Source of the DNA: Perkinsus chesapeaki ATCC PRA-425
Lineage: Eukaryota > Protista > Perkinsozoa
NCBI GenBank assembly: GCA_013115145.1
Contig: JAAPAO010000285.1
Coordinates: forward strand, 1-43,028
Reading direction: 5' to 3'
DNA: 43,028 bases
Numbering within the stretch: position 1 is the stretch's first letter; each line of letters opens with the position of its first letter. The notes below the pieces were generated by a model, which saw nothing but the letters and a program-made list of their open reading frames with translations, ran no database searches and was not told where the DNA came from. Below are positions 33,132-43,028 of the stretch, one piece after another. A program made the position numbers and the translations under genes.

Positions 33132-34706
33132 ATGTCTCCGCTTGCCATGTCACCACCACTGCATAGAAGACGTCCGAGTGTTGAGAGCTCCAGAGGGGAC
33201 TCCCCTTCCACAACGGCATCTAGTTCTACCTTACCTACCACCAAGGCACAGGAGCCACAACCCTATGAGGTACTCCTCCGTAGATCCTCCCAGCACGGGA
33301 GGGTCAGCTCCTCGACAGCCAGCAGGGTGAAGAAGAATCGTCAACAGCAGGTAGAGGGAGACTTGCGGAGAATCCATTAGTTTCTGTCGCTATGGTCAGA
33401 TACGGCGTATCTTTCGGGCCCTAGATGCCAAGCCTACTATAGACCTTCATGAGCTGCAAATATTAGCTCATTCCCCTATGGGATTCGTCAACTCTGATAT
33501 CCGTCGAAGTGTGTGGCCAGCACTGTTGGGGGTCTCTGGGCCATCCCACCGCCGCCATTCGGATGCCTCAGGAGAAGCCCTTCCCAGTCTGCCAGAGCTT
33601 GAGAAGACCTACCCTGTCATCAGCCGTGACGTGGCGAGAAGTGGCAACTCTTGGAGAGGGTCGGGGAATGTGCGGTTGAGTGTTCGTAGAAGGAAGCAGA
33701 GCTCTTTAGCAAAAGTGTTGGTGGAGTTGTGTAACAAGTACAACGGTGATCTACACTACTTCCAAGGCCTACATGATATAGCATTAGCCATCTTAGAGGT
33801 GGAACCGAGTAGGCTACCGGCGGTAGGTTGCTCTCTTTTTGCCAGCTTCATGTCAGATACGTCAGACTGCTGCGCTATGCTGGACAACCTATGCCTGTTC
33901 TATCTATCCGATTTGTGTTTCTATCCCTTCCAGTACGCTCTACTCCCTGGCCTAGACCTCAGCTTTGCCCTGCTCGAGGCCCTCGACCCCGAGCTCCATG
34001 AAGCCCTTGTGAGCGCTGATATTGAATCACCTCACTTTGCCGTGCCGTGGATTCTTACGTGGATGACACACAACCTACCGACACTGGAAATGTCCCAGAG
34101 GCTGGTGGACTCCCTGTTGTCGAGTCATCCAGCTGTTATCTATTATTATGTAGCCTGCTTGCTCATTATGAAACGGGAAGATATTCTCAAGGTTGAGCCG
34201 TTCGACATGCCTCATGTCCACCAATTTTGCCAGAACCTTCCTTCAACCTTGGATATGCCTTCCTTAGAGAGATTGATTGATATGGTGTGGATATGCATTC
34301 GAGAGGTCTTTCCTTTGCCCACACTTCTACAGTTGCCAGCGGCCAAGAAGATGCCACGGGCGAGTTGCATATTTGCCAAGAGACTCCTCTCTCAAGTGCC
34401 CGATGATGACGAAAGGCAAAGGATCATCAATAGACGCATCGAAGAGCTTAGGAGAGACCAGCGCCGATTTAAAACATCATCGGGAGGTCAGGGAAACCAT
34501 ACCGCTCCCCCGTATCATCTCCTTACATTTCAGGTAGACTCAGTACATGTTTCGGCGGCTCTGCTGTCGGTAAAGGTGCTAGAATGGTTATATCGGTGAC
34601 AGCCGGTTGCCTTGGTGCTGCAGCAGTGGCTTGCGCGGCTATCTTGTGGGCGAGTCGAAACGGTGAAGGTGGTGGTGGTGTCCATCTAGTCGATCATACT
34701 CCTTAA
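33132..34706 (+). CDS. TBC1D20: TBC-domain Rab GTPase-activating protein, TBC1D20/Gyp8-like, probably tail-anchored
   Basis: IRRSVWPALL, Arg finger ISRDVARS, Gln finger YFQGLHDI, and FAVPWILTW. A predicted last intron adds a hydrophobic tail (VISVTAGCLGAAAVACAAILW) ending at TAA 34704-34706. The start is uncertain. Confidence 0.82.
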
Positions 34707-34792
34707 CAGCTGTATTGCCATCTTTCAAGTGACTCTCCTTGGTGTGGTGTTGTTACAGAGTAGAGCAGCTCTTACCAAATTGATTGATCCGA

Positions 34793-35755
34793 ATGTCAGA
34801 GTCAGCAGAATCCAACAGCGTTGAAGAAGAGGAAGACCAGTTAGAAGAAGAAGAAGTCGAGGGCTCCCTAGAGGACACCTTCAGATCCTTTGACCAGCGC
34901 TGCCGCGAGATCCCGCTGCTTTGCAGAGCGTCTGAATTACTGGGCATTGAACCTGGCCTCCTGAGCTCTGTGATAGTAGCTGTGGTGTGTGGTGGCCTGC
35001 TCGTCGGCCGAGGAGCTTTCCTGATAAGGTAGGTCTCCTGGTTCCTGGATTCGGTTTATGGAGCTTACCTTGTGTGATGAACTTAACGTGACATTAGTGA
35101 TCTTAACTGAGGCCGCCTTCTGGGGAACGACTATTGGTTTCGATCTCGCTGATCCGCTGGGGGTCCCAATACGCTTGCCTGATGACATCAACGTGTCTTT
35201 CACCATCATCATACAGGCTCGACATAATAGTGCTACTTGTCGCTAAAAGACTCCATATTGGATGAATATTATTATTCCACTCGGCTTTGTCCCCTTCAGC
35301 ACCGCGGTGGCCGTAATTAATCCCTCATTAAAAAGCATGCATGCCATTAGAGACTTCCAAGCTGATCCTAAGCATGGCGGTCGGCCCCTTCAACGATGTC
35401 TGGAGTGAGGCCTTCCGCTCCGACACCCTCCTATCGATCCTGCCATCTGGCAGATACTGGGTATGCCTCGGCGCCATAATGGTTGTAGAGTCCATAAGCC
35501 TGAGCACGCTGTTGTTCCATTTCCCACTGTGGTATATCTTTAAAGTGGCCATAGTTCTATACCTACAGATGGATAACTCTCCGGTGAGCCTCTCGGCATT
35601 GTTCAAGTAGTGTACAGGCTTTTTAGGGTCGAAGGGTGATGTACGAGTGGATCAGAGACCTTGCTGGCGGTCGAGGCGCCGAGGTGGACTCAGTGACGGC
35701 AGTGGCGATGGCCAAGGAACACTCTCCTCGCTCCTCGGCAGCTGAAGTGGAATAG
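34793..35755 (+). CDS. TB2/DP1/HVA22 (REEP/Yop1) family ER-shaping protein, multi-exon
   Basis: Acidic N-terminus and a hydrophobic hairpin, then GFVYGAY, RYWVCLG...ES...LLFHFPLWYIFKVAIVLYL and VMYEWIR. Confidence 0.75.
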
Positions 35756-35838
35756 TTTCTTTGTAACTTCTCTAAGCTTTAGTGTTCATTCTCGTGCCTA
35801 CAGGCTGCAGTTGTCATTCCTTTCAATGGTCGAGGGCC

Positions 35839-38800
35839 ATGGCCTCGACTTCTAGCGCGTCCCCAGTCTATCCTGTGAAATCGGGAGGGAGCATTACATT
35901 GCTCCCCCTGTCCTATCATGACAAAATAGCCGAACATATTGATGCTAAGCTTCGGAACGGTGGAGGGGCCTTAGTGGTCATGGGACAGGGCCTGGGTGCT
36001 TGTGAATTGGTACGGCTATAATTATGTGGCGCGCGGTAGTGGCTATTAGGTATCCGCCCTACTACAGCGTCTTCAGTCCTGTCGGCCTGTTGGGGAGCCA
36101 TTGATACTAGTCACCAATGCCCGGGATGGTGAGACTGAGTGCATTGGCGCTAAGTCAATCACAGCGGATGTGCCGCCAGTACTCCGGGACGAAATGTAAG
36201 CTCGTAAATGTTTGCGACAAATTTACCGTAAAATTTTTATGAGAGATTTTTAATTATTTTTTGCTGAGTTTCTCAGGCTCAGTTCACCAGAATTTCTACA
36301 CTTGTTCTGCCTTCTTAACCGCTCAGCCTGACCTCTGCTCTTCTATGTAGTGTGCATCCCAGGTACCTCGCTGGTGGGTGTATCTCGATTACAAGTAGAA
36401 TATTAGTAACAGACCTCCTTACCAACAGACTTACCACAGAGATAGTCGCCGGTCTCATAGTCCTCAACGCCCATAACAGTTCTTATTCCGAGCAGTTTGC
36501 CTGTGAACTCTACCGTGAGAGGAAACAAAAGGGCAGGGGCTTTATAGCAGCTTTTACTGACCACCCGGTGAAGTGCAAGACACTTATGAATGTGGAAGGT
36601 AAAGTCAGTTCCTATCACGAGGCAGCTTCGAGTTGCCCTATCAGGCTTGCTTAGAGAGCTACAGATAGGGTCATCGGCTATAGTGTTAATACCGAGATTT
36701 AGAGGTGAAGTTATGGATACCTTCAAGCAGGATGATAATGGCGTTGCTTCTGGCGATGGTGGCGGCGCCAGAGTGCTGACCAGTAAGATGGGGGTTTTCA
36801 TTAACCATACACAATCCTATTTGGTTGCACTGCTATAGGGCAGCATCGATAAAGGCAGCTTATGAAGAGTCACTGTCTTGTTCAGTACCGATCCCTGACC
36901 AAATCGCTGCTATTGAGAAGACGTTGAATATTATTGTCGAAGCTAATTTTGATGATATAGCCCAAAGCAAGGGTGTGATCGATGCCGGTACCATTACAGT
37001 TTTTATGACTGTGTTACTCCTGTACTTCTCAGGTATACCCATCTACCCGCCGAACCTCCCGAAAGGTGCGCTTCGTGGCCTGGCGGCCCTCGACAACTGG
37101 TTCTCTCTGCGTCCACAACTCTTTATGGTAAGCCCAGGGCTTGTGGACCAGTGATCAACTTAGTCTTATCCTATTCCCTCGTTTCTTCTTTTTATATCTC
37201 TGATGTAGATCACTATGAAGGGTGTGTAGGTATGGGATCAATTGGGCAGACGTACCCAGAATATGATAAGGGACGCTGATGTGCTAGAGCGGCTAACTCA
37301 CAGGCTTCGTTCAGGTGATGCTGCATCGGTGAGTGGCGGCATGGTGCCCGCATCTACCCCATTTCGTATCTTTCTTAGTTCTTCTTATCGTTGCTCGACA
37401 GCATCTCAGCGCATCCCGAATCTCCCTGGGCATCGGCGGGACCGACTCATCAACTGATAAGTCAGGCTAGGCAAAGATTGTAAGGCACTTGCTCTACGGA
37501 GCATTTTTCACTGTTAACTTCACAAACTTCATTATCTATCACAAATTGCTCTACGTGCCATCATACGGCTCTACCCACCCACAACAGGTATAACTGGGAT
37601 GCTAGAGGTCTACATCTCCACATTGATCCTCCTCCCAAGTGGGCACCGCTACAGAAGGCTATCGGTGATGAAGGTAAATGAGTCTGCAATCTTCGAACAA
37701 CCGTGTGGTTCAGCCGCTCGAGTTGCCAGAGAGTTTGAGGGTGCTTCGTCATCGCCATCGTTACCAGAGATAAGAATTACAGTGGTAACATACGCCCACA
37801 CTTCCTCCTTTATGACCAAAGCCCTAATCGATCGTGGTGAGCATCGGCGGTGTTGCGGCCTGCTTATCTAGTGTCCATTGGTAGGGCCGGAAGCAGCGCT
37901 GCTGCAGTCATTTCAAAGCTTCCTGTATGAGGCCCGTGGAAACGACTACTATAAGCCCAAAATGGCGGGCTCGAGCTTTGGTAGGCTCTGCTGTTTGCTC
38001 TTACCCAGCGGCGGTGGATTAGGTATCTCCACGGCGGAGGCACAGCTGCTGAGGGACGAGATCCACAATATGCCAGAGAGGTCCGCTAGAGTATGCAGTC
38101 GATCGTTGGAGGGGCTTAGAGATGTCGTCATTGGCAACTCGACTCTGGGAGAGCCCATGCGGAGGAGCGTCAAGTAGGAACCGCTCGAGGCTCTTGGGGC
38201 TGAATGATGTTGTTAGCGTTATGGTTAATGTCGTCGACGCTTTCAAAGGCGATGGGTATATGAGCACCAGGCTTGCCGACTTCCAACCTAATGTTGTTAT
38301 TCTTTACGATGCTCCTTCGATACTACCGATAAGGGTGGCGGAGCGGTACACTTCCTATATGCGAAGTCGAGGGGGTAGGCAGCGAGGCAAGGCTGGTGCA
38401 GGGTCTACCACTCCCATCAGAGCCGGCCGTTCACACTGTTATATTGCAAGTTCTGAACTCTCACGAGGCTCGGCGTCTGGCCCAGTCTGGAGTGCAGGAG
38501 CAACAGGCATTCCACGAACTCATCAACATGGAGAAGAATGTGTCAGCAATGAAGCCGAAGGACGAATGGATACCACTCACGGTGAGCTTGCTGTTGCTGT
38601 GACGTGTGCCTACATTGCTGCTGTAAGACCCCTGTGGGAGGGGTGACAGCGTCGTCGTCGTCGAGGGCAGGCGGAAGGAAGAGAAAGCGTAACGAGGAGA
38701 TGAAGCAGACAGTGCTGGTGGACGTGAGAGAACTAAGGAGCAATCTCCCGCTAGAGCTGCACCGGAAAGGCCTCACTTTGCTGCCGGTAGGGATGCTAGT

Positions 38801-39907
38801 CTGCGGTGGTTTAGTCTGTAGTGGTGCTTGTCTCAGTATACTCTACCTGTTGGTGACTTTATACTGTCCCGTGATATCTGCGTGGAGCGGAAGTCCTTGC
38901 CGGATCTCATCGGGAGTCTTGCCAGTGGCCGACTGTAAGGACTATTTTTCCTTCATTTCCTCCACTACCGGTCCGTATCTTTTTCTATCACTAAGGTTGT
39001 TGTTGTTATAGATATCGCCAGGCGGTTAGCATGTCCTTCAACTACAAGGTGCCATCACTGTTAGTGGAGGTGCAGGAGACTGATGCAGGGGCGTTGATGA
39101 GGGGGAACTCGGCAAGGATCAGTGACAACGATAACATCTCAAGATTTGGTACCTCTTCACGGCTTACTCGGCGCCCTACGCTTGCTCTCCTTCTTCAGCG
39201 GCTCTTGTTCTCCACTTCCCCAGTCTGCGGCTGTTGTGGTCTTTATCAGACAGGAGCACGGCTAATCTCTTTGTAGCGCTGAAGGTGGGTGGGGGGCCCC
39301 AATGGGCGGTGCCGTACGAGGTTTCTGAACGTCTGAATCTTGGGACCGCGCGCCAGGAAATATTCCCGTGGCTGGAGCGTGGGCGTTACTCAGGTGAGAG
39401 CGGTCCAGCAGCCAGATCCAGTAGAGGCCATGAAAAAGCGTGTGGAGGGGAATGTCCCCGATGATACCCTCGAGAACGGCCAGAGTGGTAAAGTGAAACG
39501 TTCTATTACTTGCCTGAATAGTTCTTCCTTGACATCAGGCCCTATGGACTTGGCTTCGAAGAAAGCCATGAGCGCGAACCCTGCCTCTACAAGGACAGCG
39601 GCCTCGGAGATCCTACTCAAGTGAGATTGTCGTTGCCAGCGGACGCCATGCTGTGTTGTAGCTGCCCTGGCATAACCCCACATATCCTCACAGTGCTGCG
39701 CAACACACCGGAGGCTAACACTCTGAAGAAGCTGGTGAAGTTGGACCTTGATACTATGACTAAGCTGATGGTGAGCCTACCCCGGCTGGGGGTGGTGATT
39801 TACGTACCTTGATTTGGTAGGGGCCGTCGGCTGCCAAGACCTTCCATAAGTTCGTTAATGTGACCATTGATATTAATAGTTTCACCACCAATTCGAGCAA
39901 CTCCTGA
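35839..39907 (+). CDS. ERCC4: DNA repair endonuclease XPF/Rad1, multi-exon
   Basis: Helicase-like N-terminus ([10 protein letters not shown]; [29 protein letters not shown]), nuclease domain ([13 protein letters not shown]; [31 protein letters not shown]) and an HhH-like tail ([12 protein letters not shown]). Confidence 0.92.
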
Positions 39908-39986
39908 ATAAAGTGCATCATCTCCGTTTCCCGTTCCTATCGGCTTGAGTTGATTCCTATCGCCTGGTGGCCTGGTGACTAACAGT

Positions 39987-40690
39987 ATGGGTTCTCCCAT
40001 TGGTAGGCTGCGTACAAGGACTCAGCCATCTCTGCTCCGTCCCAAGCATTGTCCGTATGATGATGGAGAGCTCGCTATGAGGCTGAGGAGAGCAGAAGAG
40101 GAGCTTACTAAGGCTCGGGCAGCAGCCATCAGGTATCACTAAGTGGTCTCATAGGTGTCCAGACGCTCCATTTAGGGCCGAGTTAGGTCGAACCACGGAT
40201 GGCTCCAGTGCCCGGGTAGTCAGTTGGATGGTGGATGCTCCCGATGTTCGAGAGTAGGTCAGATTTACAACCTGTGGCTCCCCAGAGTGTCCTCATTTAG
40301 TTCACAAATAAGTTTGAGTGAACTTTTCGGCCAACTGGTGGATCTACGTCGACAGCAGTTCCGCCACAATAGGACAATTCACGCACTGAAGGAGCAGATG
40401 GCGTCGGAGAGAAAAGTGCAAGACTTCTGGCATTCATAGGTCATCACCTCAGGCAGTTCACTGATGACGGCAGTCCTGCAGTATATTTGAGACCATCTCA
40501 AGTGACTGTACTAAGGAAATGCTTATCGACTTTGAACACAGAGGTCAAGGCTGTGGAGGCAGATCGGGAGCGAGGGCGGCATACCAACCATAGTTGAAGT
40601 CCAGTCCCTCCCCTACCAAGGGACGCCGGGAAGTTCCTGACCATTGGCTGAATGCATGCTGTAGAGGTAGCCAGTGTAGGCTACGGTCTT
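39987..40690 (+). CDS. Possible small coiled-coil hypothetical gene, multi-exon
   Basis: Open helical exons (LAMRLRRAEEELTKARAAAIR; ELFGQLVDLRRQQ..ALKEQMASERK) with GT-AG boundaries. The chain is incomplete and the end approximate. Confidence 0.3.
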
Positions 40691-40793
40691 ACCCGTATGT
40701 GATATATCCAAGTAGTTGGACTGCGTTGTCACTAGTACGGCCTCCGAGCCCACTTCTTGGTAGAGGTATTGATAGTAGTTTGTTTAGTATTTC

Positions 40794-42886
40794 ATGGAGC
40801 TTTTTCATGGAATAGCCTTTATCCTCACAGCAGGGCTGAAGAATAGAGATAAAGTAAAGCGGCAGGTGGAAGAGAACGGTGGAGTTGTTAAGCCCAGAAG
40901 GACAGTGAGGTCTACCTGGTAGGGTCTGATGCCGATGCTTTCGCTCAGAGCGAGAATGATGTTGTCCTTTTTGATCCTGGTGTCATCAAGGATGCCCGCG
41001 GCTTTAATGTAGGGCGACGATAACTGGACGGTGATGCTGCCTTGAATTCATTGGTTTAGGGTATGGCTTTGGATGTCCGATTTGTCACCAACTCTATCCA
41101 AGCAGGAGTCTGTGAGCGTCCGGCTGACTACACGGTGAGAGCCTTGAGCACAGGATGAGGGAGAATCATTGTTTGGTAGATTACTCCTAGTGATCCGGTG
41201 CCGCTGATCTATAGAGAGCAAGGACGGGGTCGAGCCAACCCTCGGTCAGTGGCTCATCATGTCTACACTGATGAAGACGACATGAACATATTCCGCTTCC
41301 TTGATAAGGAAATACGGATAGCGCGGAGCCAGGGGAGACAGGTCCGGCCAGCTGGGATGAAAGTGTGGCAGAAAGCCGCTCGGGAAGGTGAGCTTGAAGC
41401 TGTCGCTTTCAAGGGTGTAATGTGGTCAGGTGTGGCACCCACCCACACATTGGAAAGTATGCGAACACGGTTCAAGAATTATATTGGCCCAAATATGGAA
41501 GAGTTCGCTCGTCGTCTGGCTGCGGAGAGACAGGCGGAAGCGAGCGCTGGCAGAAGCGCCCCGGCTGCCTCTGAGGGCCCTCACTCGGTAGGGCGGCCTT
41601 TTCAAGAGCGGCGGGCCGCGGCGGGGGCGGTGAGGACGCCTGGTGGGGCTGGTACAGCTGCTACACCATATGATAGTAGAAGACTTAGTGAATCGTTCCG
41701 GTCTCCGAGGGAGGAGGAGCCGGGCAGTCTGTTCGAAAGGGTAGAGGGAAGTAAGATGCGGTCACGGCTATCATCAGCGGGTATAGTGGGGAAGAGGTCA
41801 CGGCAAGGGGGACACCGAAGGGATAGCGCCGATGGCGGCCAGACTGGAGGCAATGGACCACTGGATGAGACTGTCTATGAGGAAGCAGAGGAGCCGTTCG
41901 ATTTGAGTGATACGCTATTTGAGGAAAATGAAGAAGCTACCCAGCGGGGGAGGATGGGCGGCAGCAACCAATGCGATGACTCTACCTCAAGTGGTTACGA
42001 GACGATAGTTTGTGACACTCCTCCGACCTCGGAGGAAGGCGGTAAGGCTCGAAAGCGTGCAAGAACGGGCGAAGCTGGTGATGCTTCAATGGTGACGGCC
42101 AGGGAGGGCAAATCAATTCATGGGCGGCAGCAGCCGGGGGAGAGGATATCAATTCATGGGCGGCAGCAGCCTGGGGAGGGCAAATCAATTCATGGGCGGC
42201 AGCAGCCGGGGGAGGGGATATCAATTCATGGGCGGCAGCAGCCTGGGGAGAGGATATCAATTCATGGGCGGCAGCAGCCTGGGGAGAGGATATCAATTCA
42301 TGGGCGGCAGCAGCCTGGGGAGGGCACGTCGTCGTGTGGAAATCGCAGTGGCAACTACTATGGCGGGGCAGACTCTATGATCCCACCTGACCTCATCCCG
42401 GACAATAGATCGAGCTTTACTTCATCATCGTCAAGCAGCTCACCAAGGTCGGCGGAGCGACGGCAAGAGACCGCTGTTTTCGTAGCACAATCAAGGCGAC
42501 TGATGCGGTGGGTTGAGGCGATGGAAAGGAAGTTTAATTTCGAGGGGCAATGGGTGGCCGACATTCTGAGATGGGAAGGAGGCGCCGCATCGAAGGCAGT
42601 GGCGGTAGCCGAACAGCTTAGGGAGATGACTGATGAGCTACATGTGCCTTGCTCGATTGTTATGAAAGTGTACCTAAGAACAGGGAATGTTGCTCGCACA
42701 CAGGAGAAGGTTGAAGGTGTGATGGAGCTCCATAAGCGGACAGGCGTACGATATGATTGGATAGTATTATGGATGGAAATGTTAGATTATGATGTAGCTA
42801 AGACAGAGAAGTATTTGGGTAACCGATACGGCTGCAACGACGACCATTCCCACCACCACCACCACCGTCGACGAGAACGGCGATAA
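40794..42886 (+). CDS. RAP1: RAP1/TERF2IP-like protein (BRCT - Myb-like - C-terminal helical repeats), about 650 aa, 4 exons
   Basis: Exons 40794-40904, 40949-41008, 41060-41134 and 41180-42886, all phase 0 GT-AG. BRCT-like: LFHGIAFIL..KVKRQVEENGGVV..VVLFDP..DVRFVTNSIQAG..ADYTI. Myb-like: YTDEDDMNIFRFL..GMKVWQKA..THTLESMRTRFKNYI. C-terminal MERKFNF... Confidence 0.7.
42104..42325 (+). repeat. Coding minisatellite, 6 x 36 nt (E[G/R][K/I]SIHGRQQPG)
   Basis: tcaattcatgggcggcagcagcc recurs at exact 36-nt spacing, with variation only at a few positions. Confidence 0.95.
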
Positions 42887-43028
42887 CGACCACTAATTCA
42901 CTATTGCTTCTTCATCAGGTCTTGTGTTACCAGCGCGCTGCGGCGCACATTTCTGGGTGTACGGGGCGAGACGTTGCGCGTTCGGCCCCCACCCCCACAG
43001 TTCGCGCCGTGCGGGTAGGGGCCCGCCG

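Noticed and set aside
42104-42325. 36-nt repeats as a CRISPR array
   Set aside because: The units are head-to-tail with no spacers, in frame within a eukaryotic CDS, and no cas genes are present.
41982-42380. Alternative-frame and antisense repeat ORFs (41982-42296, 42120-42380)
   Set aside because: These are by-products of a stop-free 36-nt repeat.
35839-42886. XPF next to the RAP1-like gene as a telomere gene cluster
   Set aside because: Another candidate gene lies between them, and neighbours across this window are functionally unrelated, so adjacency is probably chance.
42975-43028. GC-rich imperfect inverted repeat at the window end
   Set aside because: The pairing is weak for such high GC content and the context is truncated.

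Overview
Gene-dense, intron-rich eukaryotic DNA with mostly 40-60 nt GT-AG introns. It is most consistent with a Perkinsus-like myzozoan alveolate. This is an inference from intron size, a plastid-type IspE with a bipartite leader, and an ApiCox18-like subunit. The ORF track fragments most genes, so I rebuilt exon chains by hand; coordinates are first codon to stop, and splice sites are predictions. About 20 genes are supported: a GT61-like glycosyltransferase, a K+-independent type II H+-pyrophosphatase, IspE, TRM61, a C69 peptidase, a CEP164-like WW/B-box protein, a secreted methyltransferase, a degenerate acyl-CoA synthetase, CCDC103, an ApiCox18-like protein, REX4, two tandem alpha/beta hydrolases, a TBC1D20-like RabGAP, a REEP/Yop1 protein, XPF, and several orphan genes. 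The main discovery is invisible in the ORF track. It is a 7-exon minus-strand gene (15009->13718, about 335 aa) encoding a selenocysteine glutathione peroxidase (NVASK-U-GLT, in-frame TGA) fused to a C-terminal glutaredoxin-like domain, with an N-myristoylation motif and a form-2 SECIS element about 45 nt after the stop. Second is a RAP1/TERF2IP-like protein (BRCT-Myb-RCT-like) with a 36-nt coding minisatellite. Also notable are a probable acyl-CoA synthetase pseudoenzyme, duplicated alternative first exons, and an intergenic hairpin cluster. I saw no tRNA, rRNA, CRISPR array or transposase.
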